64,000 bases of DNA from Clostridium sp. CAG:245. Its GTDB lineage: Bacteria; Bacillota; Clostridia; TANB77; CAG-508. Within the stretch, counting starts at the first letter, position 1. The number at the start of each line of letters is the position of its first letter. The notes under the pieces are model-generated. The model saw only the letters and a list, made by a program, of their open reading frames with translations. It was not told the origin of the DNA and did no database searches. The position numbers and the translations under genes are program-made. The stretch lies in the NCBI GenBank assembly GCA_000435175.1, contig FR880073.1:1625-65624 (forward strand), written 5' to 3'. Shown in pieces: positions 28,229 through 38,027 of this stretch.

Positions 28229-29104
28229 CTAATTTATTTTTTTGAAAGATTTAATAATATTGCAAACTTCTTCTTCAGACATATCAACAATTGAAGCTAT
28301 TTGAGCTATTGAGAAAGTTTGATTGATAAGGTTTTTTATTATTTTTATTGCTTCCTGTTTTTGGCCATCAGATAAGCCTGTATGATAAATTGATTTTTGG
28401 TCTCTTTCGTATTTTTCACGTAAGAATGCAATTCTTTTTAATTTTTCATCTTGGCTCATTTCTTTTACTGTAACTACGGCTTTTTCTATAGATTTGTTGC
28501 TTTCCATAATCTCAGAAACCTCCTTGTCTTCAGGGTTATTAACAAACATGATCCATTGAGATTTTAAATTTTGTTTGTCCTTCATGTATGTTTCCCTTGC
28601 TTTTCTTAATTCTATTATATCTATTTCGAGTTTGTCTGTCAATTCAAGAAAATGCTTTTTATCGAAAAGTTTAAACTGAGTTTCCATCTCTTTTACGGCT
28701 TTTGTTACATCAAGGTCAAAGTCGATAATGGCTATAAGAATTATTTTCTTAGCAGAGAGGTATTTATCACCTTTATGCAATTGCATTTCATATAGTCTTG
28801 AAAAATAAAATAGAAGTCGTTCTATAAAATCATCTTGTTTCATTAATTGAACTTCTATATCAACCTTTTCTATACCATTGACTTCAGCCTCTAAGTCGAG
28901 TATTCCGAACTTGTCATCAGGTAATTCTCTATACAAATCTTTTGTATCGTTTATTTTTATGCTTTCAATTTTTTCGTTTAATAAAGCAGAAATAAAGTCT
29001 TTTGTGATTTCTTCATTTTTAGCCGAAAATAAACACTGAAAAACAAAATCGTTTTTAGGTTTAAGCAAATGGGTGTCTTTAGTATATGTTGAGTTATCAA
29101 ACAT
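28229..29104 (-). CDS. Rpn-family recombination-promoting nuclease / putative transposase (PD-(D/E)xK, YhgA-like)
   Basis: N-terminus LLKPKNDFVFQCLF...ITKDFISALL...ILDLEAEVNG..KVDIEVQ is the typical Rpn/PDDEXK_2 pattern. Confidence 0.75.
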   Translation of the reverse strand: MFDNSTYTKDTHLLKPKNDFVFQCLFSAKNEEITKDFISALLNEKIESIKINDTKDLYRELPDDKFGILDLEAEVNGIEKVDIEVQLMKQDDFIERLLFYFSRLYEMQLHKGDKYLSAKKIILIAIIDFDLDVTKAVKEMETQFKLFDKKHFLELTDKLEIDIIELRKARETYMKDKQNLKSQWIMFVNNPEDKEVSEIMESNKSIEKAVVTVKEMSQDEKLKRIAFLREKYERDQKSIYHTGLSDGQKQEAIKIIKNLINQTFSIAQIASIVDMSEEEVCNIIKSFKKIN

Positions 29105-29233
29105 ATTAACCTCCTGAGCTAACCCTATTTATTTACTTAAAGTTATTATGCCATTCATATTATAAATGAAAAAACAGAAACCAGCAATTAAATTCGTATA
29201 TCAAAATAATGAATAAAAATACAAATTTTGCAA

Positions 29234-29262
29234 ACAAAAAGAAGCACTATAATGCTTCTTTT
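29234..29262 (-). terminator. Rho-independent terminator of asnS
   Basis: 8-bp stem aagaagca / tgcttctt. U-run on the minus strand. Confidence 0.6.
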
Positions 29263-29268
29263 ACCGTA

Positions 29269-30657
29269 TTAGAAATCACAGTTATTTGGTGTTCTTGGAT
29301 AAGGTATTACATCTCTTATGTTTTCGATTCCTGTAATGTACATAAGAAGCCTTTCAAAGCCTAATCCAAAACCAGAGTGAATTACTGAACCATATCTACG
29401 TAAGTCTAGATACCAGTATAATGGCTCTGTTGCAATACCCATCTCTTTCATACGGGCTACTAGTTTTTCGTAATTTTCCTCTCTTTGAGAACCACCCATA
29501 ATTTCTCCTGCTCCTGGAACTTCTAAGTCAACACCTGCAACAGTTTCTCCATCTGGGTTAAGTTTCATGTAATATGATTTTATGTCTTTTGGCCAATTCT
29601 TTACAAATACTGGTCCATTGAAATATTCTGTTAAATATTTCTCATGTTCTTTTGCTAAATCTTCGCCATATTCAGGTTGAAATTCCCATTCTTTGTCTGC
29701 TTTTTTTAAAATATCGATAGCTTCTTTGTGGTCAATTCTGACAAATTTTGAATTAACTAATTTGTGTAGCTTATCGATTAATCCTTTTTCGATAAACTTA
29801 TCACAAAATTCCATTTCTTCTGGGCATTTTTCTAAAACTCTAGAAACTACGAATTTTAAGCAATCTTCTTCTATGTCCATTAATTGCTCCAAATCGCAGA
29901 ATGCAATTTCTGGCTCAATCATCCAGAATTCGTTGGCGTGTGTTTTTGTGTTTGAATTTTCGCTTCTTAATGTTGGCCCAAATGTGTAAATTTTTCCGTA
30001 TGCTTCTGCAAATGTCTCGCCATGAAGTTGTCCAGAACCTGTAATGTAAGCTTTTTTACCGAATAAGTCTTCACTAAAATCTGTTTTGCCATCTTTTTGA
30101 GGAAGTGGCTTGTCCAAATCTAGTGTAGTAAGTTTAAACATTTCTGCTGAACCTTCACAGTCGGCACATGTTATTATAGGAGTATTAACATATACATATC
30201 CATTGTTTTGAAAATACTCGTGTATTGCAAATGCTGCGACACTTCTAATTCTAAATACTGCATTAAAAGTATTTGTTCTTGGACGCAAATGTGCAACAGT
30301 TCTTAAATATTCAAAAGAATGTCTTTTCTTTTGTAATGGATAATCTGCATCTGCTAGATTGAATATTTCTACACTATCTGCATGAATTTCGAATGGTTGC
30401 TTTGCATTCTCCGTTTTTACAACTTTTCCGTTTACAATAATAGATGAACTGATTGTTAATTTACGAACTTCTTCAAAATTTGCTAATTTGTCGTTGAAAA
30501 CTATTTGCAAATTATTGAAAAAAGAACCATCATTTAATTCTATAAATCCAAAAGCTTTTGAATCTCTAACTGTTCTAACCCAGCCAGCAACTTCAACAGT
30601 TTTGTCAATGTAATTTTCTATGTTACGATATAAATCTTTAATTGTTACTTTCTCCAT
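29269..30657 (-). CDS. asnS: Asparagine--tRNA ligase
   Basis: Class IIb aaRS: OB-fold N-terminus (VEVAGWVRTVRDSKAFGFIELNDGS), FRSENSNT-like RSENSNTKTHANEFWMIEPE and C-terminal GFGLGFERL. ATG 30657 has SD GGGAG. Confidence 0.92.
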   Translation of the reverse strand: MEKVTIKDLYRNIENYIDKTVEVAGWVRTVRDSKAFGFIELNDGSFFNNLQIVFNDKLANFEEVRKLTISSSIIVNGKVVKTENAKQPFEIHADSVEIFNLADADYPLQKKRHSFEYLRTVAHLRPRTNTFNAVFRIRSVAAFAIHEYFQNNGYVYVNTPIITCADCEGSAEMFKLTTLDLDKPLPQKDGKTDFSEDLFGKKAYITGSGQLHGETFAEAYGKIYTFGPTLRSENSNTKTHANEFWMIEPEIAFCDLEQLMDIEEDCLKFVVSRVLEKCPEEMEFCDKFIEKGLIDKLHKLVNSKFVRIDHKEAIDILKKADKEWEFQPEYGEDLAKEHEKYLTEYFNGPVFVKNWPKDIKSYYMKLNPDGETVAGVDLEVPGAGEIMGGSQREENYEKLVARMKEMGIATEPLYWYLDLRRYGSVIHSGFGLGFERLLMYITGIENIRDVIPYPRTPNNCDF

Positions 30658-30795
30658 AAGAAACACTCCCATCTCTAAATTAATATAAGGAAATTATACG
30701 CGTAAATGGCAAAAAAATCAAGGAAAAAAAGTAATCGAATGTGAAAATTATGAATAAACATTGAAAAATAAGTTGTTTTAAGATAGAATATAAGA

Positions 30796-30830
30796 AATTC
30801 GCCCAATAGGGACGCCCTTTTTTGGGCGAA
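30796..30830 (+). repeat. Dispersed palindromic intergenic element, copy 3 (in a divergent promoter region)
   Basis: aaattcgcccaatagggacgcccttttttgggcgaa, ending 13 nt before the start codon at 30844. Confidence 0.8.
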
Positions 30831-30843
30831 GAGAGGACAGATT

Positions 30844-32316
30844 ATGAAAAATAAAAAATTGTATATAGTGTTTAGTATGTTATTAATTGTAATAATTTTG
30901 ATGACTGTTACAAAAGAAATGCAAAATGATACATTTTTTACTATTGCAACAGGTGAACATATATTGCAAGAAGGATACGATAATGTAGATCACCTTACAT
31001 GGCATGAGAATTTAGGGTTTTATAAATTGAGATGGGCCTTTGATGTGGCAATTGCATTTATTTACAACACTTTTGGCTTTGCAGGAATTTATGCTTTTGT
31101 AGTACTGATTGCATGTTTAACAGCATTTTCGCTATTCAATATTTTATTGAAACAAAAGAATAATATAGTACTTTCGTTTATTGCAACAGTAATTTCAATG
31201 TTATTAATGACGTCGAATTGGGCATTTACTGCACGTGGTCAAATAATCTCATATTTACTGCTACTGTTAGAAATATATTTCATTGAAAAAATGATTAGTA
31301 CAAAACAAAAAAGATATTATATTATATTTTTAGTTATATCAGCATTAATTGTAAATTTCCATGCTTCTGTTTGGTACATGACGATTATACTTGTGTTACC
31401 ATACTTAGCAGAGGCCATAATGCACAAAATAATGAAAAATAAAAATCTAGAAAAATCAAAAATTATATTAGAGCCAATTAGTATAAAAATGTTGATTATA
31501 GCAATTTTATGTTTTGTATTAGGAAGTTTTATTTCTCCGATTGGAACATACACATATACATACATGTTTAAAGTAATTGGTGGGATATCTTCTACATTTA
31601 TTTCAGAGTTGCAACAGACTGATATAATCTCATCCATTGGAATGATATTAGGACTTATAGTTATTGATATATTAATGCTTGCAACAAAATCAAAAATGAA
31701 ATTAAGTGACGTTTTATTGTTCTTTGGATTATATTTTATGGCAATTTTGGCAAGGAGAAACCAAGCATTTTTATATTTAATTGGAACAATTCCGGTTGTA
31801 AGACTAATAACAAATTTCTTCGATACCTATGACACAGAAAATATATTAGAAAAAGTAAATAATTTTTTCTCTAAAAATTGGGTACTAGGCTGTACAACAA
31901 TAGTAATTGTGATTGGTCTTTCGAGTAATATGATTACCAGAATAAGAGAAAAATATGTAAATGAGAAGAAATATCCTGTTGAAGCTGTAAAGTATATTAA
32001 AGAAAATTTAGATTATAAAAATTTGAAAATATATAATGGATTTAATTATGGAAGCTATATTGAATACTCAGGAATAAAGGCTTTTGTAGATTCAAGGTCA
32101 GAAATTTACACAGAAGGATTTAACAATGTAACAATATTGAAAGATTGGCTTGAAACATCAAGAGGAAATGTTAATTATAATGAAACATTTGAAAAATATG
32201 GAATAGATTATGCAATTGTTGAAAACAGTGAAATAATAAATACATATATTAGTGCAGACGAAAAATATGAGAAGGTTTATGATGATGAAACTTTTTCAAT
32301 ATATATGAAAAAATAA
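30844..32316 (+). CDS. Polytopic membrane protein with C-terminal soluble domain (GT-C-type glycosyltransferase-like; hypothetical)
   Basis: About 10-12 hydrophobic segments over 350 aa, then a hydrophilic ~130-aa tail. Architecture only; no specific motif recognised. Confidence 0.4.
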   Translation: MKNKKLYIVFSMLLIVIILMTVTKEMQNDTFFTIATGEHILQEGYDNVDHLTWHENLGFYKLRWAFDVAIAFIYNTFGFAGIYAFVVLIACLTAFSLFNILLKQKNNIVLSFIATVISMLLMTSNWAFTARGQIISYLLLLLEIYFIEKMISTKQKRYYIIFLVISALIVNFHASVWYMTIILVLPYLAEAIMHKIMKNKNLEKSKIILEPISIKMLIIAILCFVLGSFISPIGTYTYTYMFKVIGGISSTFISELQQTDIISSIGMILGLIVIDILMLATKSKMKLSDVLLFFGLYFMAILARRNQAFLYLIGTIPVVRLITNFFDTYDTENILEKVNNFFSKNWVLGCTTIVIVIGLSSNMITRIREKYVNEKKYPVEAVKYIKENLDYKNLKIYNGFNYGSYIEYSGIKAFVDSRSEIYTEGFNNVTILKDWLETSRGNVNYNETFEKYGIDYAIVENSEIINTYISADEKYEKVYDDETFSIYMKK

Positions 32317-32321
32317 ATTTT

Positions 32322-32354
32322 AAGTAGTGCAATAAGAATTGTACTACTTTTTTC
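32322..32354 (+). terminator. Rho-independent terminator
   Basis: 10-bp stem aagtagtgca / tgtactactt followed by TTTTT. Confidence 0.65.
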
Positions 32355-32461
32355 TACAAATTATTTTAATTTACAACATCGTAAGTATAGACTTTTGCCG
32401 AAAAATGTTGTAAAATTATGGCACGGATAAAATAAATTTTAATGAAAAGGATGTAATGTAA

Positions 32462-34237
32462 ATGTCAAACGTATATAGAACACAAAATTGTGGTGAGTTA
32501 AACATTCAAAATGTTGGACAAGAAGTTAAACTTGCAGGATGGATTCAAAGAATTAGAAATCTTGGAGGAATGACTTTTATAGATTTAAGAGACCAATATG
32601 GAATTACTCAAATTGTTGTATCTAGTGAAGAATTAAAGGCACAAATAGCTAATTTATGCACAGAATGCGTTATTTCTGTGGAAGGAACAGTTGTTGAAAG
32701 ATCTAACAAAAATGCAAAGATTCCGACTGGAGAAATTGAAATAGATGCAAAGAAAGTTGTTTTATTAGGTGAATGTGAATCAACATTGCCTTTTGAAATA
32801 AATTCAGAGAAAGCTGATATTGAAGCTGTAAGAGAAGATTTAAGACTAGAATATAGATTTTTAGACTTACGTAACAACAAAATACATAACAGCATATTGC
32901 TACGTTCTAAAATAATGAAAACTATAAGAGACAAGATGGATGAAATGGGATTTGCAGAAATCCAAACTCCAATACTTGCAAATTCATCACCAGAAGGGGC
33001 TAGAGACTTCTTAGTTCCAAGCAGATTGCATCCAGGAGAGTTCTATGCATTACCACAGGCTCCACAACAATTTAAACAATTACTTATGATTTCTGGATTT
33101 GATAAATACTTCCAAATTGCTCCATGTTTTAGAGATGAAGATCCAAGAGCAGATAGAGCACCAGGGGAGTTCTACCAAGTCGATTTTGAGATGGCTTTTG
33201 CTACTCAAGAAGATGTACTTGCTGTAATGGAAGAATTAGTACCAACTGTATTTAAGAAATTTACAGACTGGAAAGTAGACGAAGGTCCATTTATACGTAT
33301 ACCATACAGAGAAGCAATGGAGAAGTACGGAATTGATAAACCAGACTTAAGAAACCCATTAATAATACAAGATGCAACAAAAATATTTGCAGGAACAGAA
33401 TTTAAAGCATTCCAAGATAAGATAATAAAAGCAATAGTTGTTCCAAACGGTGCAGCTCAAGGAAGAAAATTCTTTGATAATATGACAGAATTTGCAGTTG
33501 AAGAACAAGGGGCTAAAGGTCTTGCATGGACAAAAATAGATGAGAATAATGCTCCACAAGGTGGAATTGCTAAATTTATAACAGAGGATATTTTAAAAGG
33601 ATTAGAAGAAAAACTCGGAGCAAAATCTGGAGATAGCATATTCTTTATAGCAGATAAATTAGAAACAGCTCAAAAAATAGCAGGTCAAGTAAGAATAGAA
33701 TTAGGAAATAGACTAGATTTACTAGAAAAGAATGTATACAGATTCTGCTTTATAGTAGATTTTCCAATGTATGAATACAATGAAGACGAAGAAAAAGTTG
33801 ACTTTAATCATAACCCATTCTCAATGCCACAAGGTGGAATGGAAGCATTAGAAAATAAAGACCCATTAGATATTTTAGCATATCAATATGATTTAGTATG
33901 TAATGGATATGAAATGGCTTCTGGAGCAGTTAGAAACCATGACCCTAAACTGATGGTAAAAGCTTTCGAGATAGCAGGATATTCAGAAAAAACAGTAGAA
34001 GAAAAATTTGGAGCATTATATAAGGCATTTAAATATGGAACACCTCCACATGCAGGTGCGGCTCCTGGACTTGATAGAATGGTAATGTTAATTGCAAATA
34101 CTCAAAATATAAGAGAAGTAATAGCATTTCCTAAGAACAAGAAAGCAAGAGATGCAATGATGAATGCACCAAGCAGAGTAGAAGATAAGCAACTTAAGGA
34201 TGTTCACATTAAAATAGATGAATTTGTTGAAAAATAA
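32462..34237 (+). CDS. aspS: Aspartate--tRNA ligase
   Basis: RTQNCGEL N-terminus, GWIQRIRNLGGMTFIDLRD OB fold, class II motifs FYALPQAPQQFKQLLM, CFRDED and GLDRMVM. Confidence 0.95.
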   Translation: MSNVYRTQNCGELNIQNVGQEVKLAGWIQRIRNLGGMTFIDLRDQYGITQIVVSSEELKAQIANLCTECVISVEGTVVERSNKNAKIPTGEIEIDAKKVVLLGECESTLPFEINSEKADIEAVREDLRLEYRFLDLRNNKIHNSILLRSKIMKTIRDKMDEMGFAEIQTPILANSSPEGARDFLVPSRLHPGEFYALPQAPQQFKQLLMISGFDKYFQIAPCFRDEDPRADRAPGEFYQVDFEMAFATQEDVLAVMEELVPTVFKKFTDWKVDEGPFIRIPYREAMEKYGIDKPDLRNPLIIQDATKIFAGTEFKAFQDKIIKAIVVPNGAAQGRKFFDNMTEFAVEEQGAKGLAWTKIDENNAPQGGIAKFITEDILKGLEEKLGAKSGDSIFFIADKLETAQKIAGQVRIELGNRLDLLEKNVYRFCFIVDFPMYEYNEDEEKVDFNHNPFSMPQGGMEALENKDPLDILAYQYDLVCNGYEMASGAVRNHDPKLMVKAFEIAGYSEKTVEEKFGALYKAFKYGTPPHAGAAPGLDRMVMLIANTQNIREVIAFPKNKKARDAMMNAPSRVEDKQLKDVHIKIDEFVEK

Positions 34238-34262
34238 TTTAATATAGAAAGCAGGTGGTATT

Positions 34263-34496
34263 ATGAGTTCTACCCATAGTAAAAATGAAGAAACACTTGC
34301 AGTAATATTAGAAGAAATAAATAAAAAACTAGATGAAGAAATAAAAATAAGAAAAGCTATGCAAAAAGAACAAGAACAAAAGACAAAAGCCATATTGCAG
34401 AAATTAAGCAAATTACAAGAATACAACGAAATAAATGATATGAGAGCAATATTTATGAGCAAGCAAATACAAAACATATTGGAAAAATTATATTAA
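34263..34496 (+). CDS. Small coiled-coil protein (hypothetical)
   Basis: 77 aa, Lys/Glu-rich heptad-like sequence. SD GCAGGTGG upstream, strong terminator downstream. Confidence 0.4.
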   Translation: MSSTHSKNEETLAVILEEINKKLDEEIKIRKAMQKEQEQKTKAILQKLSKLQEYNEINDMRAIFMSKQIQNILEKLY

Positions 34497-34513
34497 AGAA
34501 GTATTCAAAAAAA

Positions 34514-34552
34514 GGAGATTTAAGAGAATATCTTAAGTCTCCAAATTTTTTT
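34514..34552 (+). terminator. Rho-independent terminator
   Basis: 12-bp stem ggagatttaaga / tcttaagtctcc followed by a T-run. Confidence 0.75.
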
Positions 34553-34747
34553 GTAAAATATATTGAAAAATATAACATATAAAGGTAAAATGTAAATAGT
34601 TTTGAAAATAATTATAAACTTGTCTGCGATAAATTGTATTAAAAATGCAGTTACATACAAAAAGTATGCGCCCTTGCCTTTGAAATTCATTTTCCTTGCC
34701 AAAGTTTAATTCTTTTCAAAGCTAAATTAAGGAGGAAACAAATAAAA

Positions 34748-36139
34748 ATGAAGAAAACTTTTAAATTTTATACAGCAATGTTTTTAGCAAAATGTGCAAA
34801 TAAATCTCTAAAATTGCTAAGAAGAAATGCATCATACTTTCCAGGAAATTTAGCATTAAAAATATGCCCTAACTTTCTAGAGCAAATAGATAAACCACCA
34901 GTAATTATAGGAGTTACAGGAACAAATGGAAAAACAACAGTATCCAACATGATTAATGATGTGCTAGAAGATAATGGATACAAAGTTATTAATAATAGAT
35001 ATGGTTCAAATATGAATACTGGAATTGCAGCAAGCTTTGTAAATAATAACACAATAACAGGGAAAAATACAAAAGATATTGCAGTATTTGAGATGGACGA
35101 GAGGAGTACAATACATATTTTTAAATATATTACTCCAACATATCTAGTATGTAACAATCTTTCGAGAGATTCACTAAAAAGAAATGCACACACCGCATTT
35201 ATTGCTGGAATTATAAACAATGCAATACCAAAGGCTACAACAGTAATTACAAATGGTGACGATCCGATATGTGTAAATTTAGCCAGTGAAAATAAGAAGA
35301 TTTATTTTGGAATAGATAGACTAGATACTGATACTGAAAAATGTGAAAACATTGTTCAAGACATGGTACTATGCCCAAAATGTGGTACAAAGTTAGAATA
35401 TGAATATTATAGATATCATCATGTTGGAAAAATGAAATGCCCAAATTGTGGATTTGGAACTCCAAAAAGAGATTATGAAACAACTAAAATTGACTTTGAA
35501 AATAAACTTGTAACAATAAAAGACAATGATAAAAATACAGAATACAGTTATTCAATGGTAGCAGATGGTATAATAAACATTTATAATATGTTATCCGCAA
35601 TAGTTGCTCTAAAACAGGTTGGATTAAGTGATGAGAAAATAAATGATGCACTTAAGAAAACTAAGATAGTAGATACAAGATTTTCGCAAGACGAGGTTGC
35701 GGGAAAGAAAATTGTACTTCACCTTGCGAAAGGACAGAACCCAATTGCTTGTTCTAGAGTATTTGACTATGTAAGAAAACAACCAGAAAAGAAAACTATA
35801 ATTTTATTTTTAGATGACTTGCATGAAGATAATGAAACTATAACATGGTTTTATGATACAGATTATGAGTTCTTAAATGGAGACAATGTTGAACAAATAA
35901 TAGTAAGTGGTAAAAGGTCTAAAGACACAATTGTAAGACTTTTAATGGCAGGAGTACCAATGGAAAAAATATTTGCAGATAGAGATGAAGTTGAGTCTGT
36001 AAGAAAATATTTCAAGCCTAAAGATATAGAAAGTGTTTATGTTTTGTACGATTTATATGCAATGAAACAGAAAGAAGAAGTTCATCAAGAAGTTAAGAAA
36101 ATATTGGAAGATACTTTCGGAAAGAAGGTTGAAGAATGA
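34748..36139 (+). CDS. murT: Lipid II isoglutaminyl synthase, Mur-ligase-like subunit MurT
   Basis: Mur ligase P-loop GVTGTNGKTT, four-Cys ribbon CPKCG...CPNCG and a DUF1727-like C-terminus. Overlaps the downstream gatD homolog by 4 nt. Confidence 0.85.
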   Translation: MKKTFKFYTAMFLAKCANKSLKLLRRNASYFPGNLALKICPNFLEQIDKPPVIIGVTGTNGKTTVSNMINDVLEDNGYKVINNRYGSNMNTGIAASFVNNNTITGKNTKDIAVFEMDERSTIHIFKYITPTYLVCNNLSRDSLKRNAHTAFIAGIINNAIPKATTVITNGDDPICVNLASENKKIYFGIDRLDTDTEKCENIVQDMVLCPKCGTKLEYEYYRYHHVGKMKCPNCGFGTPKRDYETTKIDFENKLVTIKDNDKNTEYSYSMVADGIINIYNMLSAIVALKQVGLSDEKINDALKKTKIVDTRFSQDEVAGKKIVLHLAKGQNPIACSRVFDYVRKQPEKKTIILFLDDLHEDNETITWFYDTDYEFLNGDNVEQIIVSGKRSKDTIVRLLMAGVPMEKIFADRDEVESVRKYFKPKDIESVYVLYDLYAMKQKEEVHQEVKKILEDTFGKKVEE

Positions 36140-36828
36140 AAATAGAAATGTTATATCCAGAAGTTTGTAACTTATTTGGAGATATTAGCAATATAAAATA
36201 TTTAAAAAAATGTTTGCCAGATGCAGAAATAATAAAAACAGAAATAAATTCTGAGCCTGCATTTGTAACACAAGATATTGACATGATATATATGGGGCCA
36301 ATGCCAGAGAATATTCAAGAAGTTGCAATACGCAAGTTAAGACCATATAAAGAAAAAATAGAAGAACTAATAAAGAAAAATGTTGTATTTTTAGTAACAG
36401 GAAATGCAGTTGAGTTATTTGGAAAATACATAGAAAATGAAGATGGAAGTAGGATAGAAGCACTTTCAATATTTGATATCTATGCAAAAAGAGATATGAT
36501 GCACAGACATAACAGCATATTCTTAGGAAAATATGAAGACATAGAAATAGTAGGGTTTAAGAGCCAATTTACAATGACATATGGAGATAATGAAAATAAT
36601 TATTTTGTAGAAGCAGAAAAAGGAATAGGGCTAAATAAAGAAAGCAAGTTAGAAGGCATAAAACAAAATAACTTTATTGGAACATATTTAATAGGACCAA
36701 TATTAATATTAAATCCATTGTTTACCAAGAAATTAATTCAAATGCTAGGAGTAGAGAAGCCAACAATAGCTTTTGAGAAAGAAACAATGGAGGCATATGA
36801 GCAAAGATTAGAAGAATTTAAAAGATAA
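36136..36828 (+). CDS. gatD: GatD/CobQ-type glutamine amidotransferase-like partner of MurT, apparently lacking the Cys-His catalytic pair
   Basis: LYPEVCNLFGDISNIKYL and GTYLIGPIL align with S. aureus GatD NLYSDIGNI and GTYLHGPIL. The ICGGYQFLGKKY region reads VTGNAVELFGKY here. Confidence 0.7.
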   Translation: MKIEMLYPEVCNLFGDISNIKYLKKCLPDAEIIKTEINSEPAFVTQDIDMIYMGPMPENIQEVAIRKLRPYKEKIEELIKKNVVFLVTGNAVELFGKYIENEDGSRIEALSIFDIYAKRDMMHRHNSIFLGKYEDIEIVGFKSQFTMTYGDNENNYFVEAEKGIGLNKESKLEGIKQNNFIGTYLIGPILILNPLFTKKLIQMLGVEKPTIAFEKETMEAYEQRLEEFKR

Positions 36829-36834
36829 ATGAAA

Positions 36835-36876
36835 ATATGATGTAAAGGTTATTAAAAATTTACATCATATTTTTTG
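36835..36876 (+). terminator. Rho-independent terminator
   Basis: 12-bp stem atatgatgtaaa / tttacatcatat followed by TTTTT. Confidence 0.75.
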
Positions 36877-36939
36877 TAAGACCGCTGAATATAAATTTAC
36901 GAATATGGAAAAAATAAAAAAACAAAAATAAAAAAACTA

Positions 36940-36968
36940 TTGACATTTAAATTTTGTATTGTTATTAT
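36940..36968 (+). promoter_or_regulatory. Sigma-A-type promoter of the T7SS-like locus
   Basis: TTGACA - 17 nt - TATTAT, about 50 nt upstream of the first WXG100-like gene. Confidence 0.5.
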
Positions 36969-37018
36969 GATTTTGAAAATATCATTCTAAAATGATAATC
37001 TTAAAGGAGGAAAAGAAT

Positions 37019-37633
37019 ATGGCAAAAATAGATCATGTAGATTATGAGGCAATGCCAAGACAAGCAAAAGCAATGAGAGAGTATGCATTAGAATTAAATA
37101 ATGAATTAAGAACAGCATACTCAAACGTAGGAGAAATGCATAATTCATGGTATGGAGTTAGATACAATGAATTAGTAAAAGATTTTAATGAATTAATACC
37201 ACAAGTAAATGATTTACTAAAATTGGTAGTTACAGAAATACCATTTGCAGTTGAAACAATAGCTAACAACTATGCTCAAGCTGATAAAGGACAAAATGTT
37301 ACATCAGCAGAAGAAACATCTGCCAATAACATTGAAAACTTACCAATAACAAACGATGTTGGAATGAGATTCATGACAGCAGAAGTTGCTAATACACAAA
37401 GAAGCGTATCTGAAAAATTTGATGCATCAAAGGAATTAATGAATAAAATTGAAGCTGAATATAACAGAGTTGAATGGCAAAGTGAAGCTTCTGAAAGCTT
37501 TAAAGCAAGATTCAACAAATTAAAGAATGACATATTAATGGCATTTGACAACATTAATAATGAATTTTCAAAATTAATGACTCAAACACAACAAGATATT
37601 GAAACAACAGAAAAAGCAAATACAGTACAATAA
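37019..37633 (+). CDS. Double-length WXG100-like protein (two ESAT-6-like halves), paralog 1
   Basis: 204 aa with SD AAAGGAGG. The first half has central W-x-G (HNSWYGVRYNELV) between helical arms. The second half repeats the pattern (EWQSEASESFKARFNKL). Paralog at 46200-46820. Confidence 0.7.
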   Translation: MAKIDHVDYEAMPRQAKAMREYALELNNELRTAYSNVGEMHNSWYGVRYNELVKDFNELIPQVNDLLKLVVTEIPFAVETIANNYAQADKGQNVTSAEETSANNIENLPITNDVGMRFMTAEVANTQRSVSEKFDASKELMNKIEAEYNRVEWQSEASESFKARFNKLKNDILMAFDNINNEFSKLMTQTQQDIETTEKANTVQ

Positions 37634-37635
37634 AA

Positions 37636-37658
37636 AGAAAGCACTATATGTGCTTTCT
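37636..37658 (+). terminator. Stem-loop after the first WXG100-like gene (attenuator or mRNA-stabilising hairpin)
   Basis: 9-bp stem agaaagcac / gtgctttct with loop tatat. No clear T-run. Confidence 0.35.
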
Positions 37659-37725
37659 AAAGCGACACTGGTTTTAGAAAGCATATATATAATATGTTTA
37701 ATTACAAATGAAGGGAGAAAATAAT

Positions 37726-38013
37726 ATGGAAGGAAAATTCTTACCAATAGGAAGTGTAGTAAGATTAAAAGATGGCCAAAAAAGATTAATGATAACAGGA
37801 TTTTTACAAATGGAACAAGGTGAAAATGGTCAAAAAAATATATGGGATTACAGTGGATGCCTATACCCAGAGGGAATGCTAACATCAGAGGCTAACTATG
37901 TATTCAATCATTCACAAATAGAAGAAGTACATTTTATTGGACTAGTAGATGAAGAAGAAGAGGAGTTCAAGAAAAAGTTAAAAGAAGCAATAGAAGAACT
38001 TGAAAATAAATAG
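37726..38013 (+). CDS. DUF4176-family protein (T7SSb-associated)
   Basis: FLPIGSVVRLKDGQKRLMITGF...WDYSGCLYPEG...VFNHSQIEEVHFIG matches the DUF4176 pattern. ATG 37726 follows SD GAAGGGAG. Confidence 0.7.
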   Translation: MEGKFLPIGSVVRLKDGQKRLMITGFLQMEQGENGQKNIWDYSGCLYPEGMLTSEANYVFNHSQIEEVHFIGLVDEEEEEFKKKLKEAIEELENK

Positions 38014-38027
38014 GAAAGTGTAAAAAA

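Noticed and set aside
32317-32461. Looked for T-box leaders upstream of aspS (32317-32461) and asnS (30658-30795, minus strand).
   Set aside because: The spacers are short (about 140 nt) and lack the T-box sequence (AAnnnGGGTGGTACCGCG-like) and specifier-loop architecture.
34520-34702. 60-aa minus-strand ORF upstream of murT, and the 61-aa ORF at 4182-4367 upstream of the adhesin.
   Set aside because: Both lie in promoter or 5' UTR regions of strongly supported genes, have no SD, and have AT-biased hydrophobic composition.
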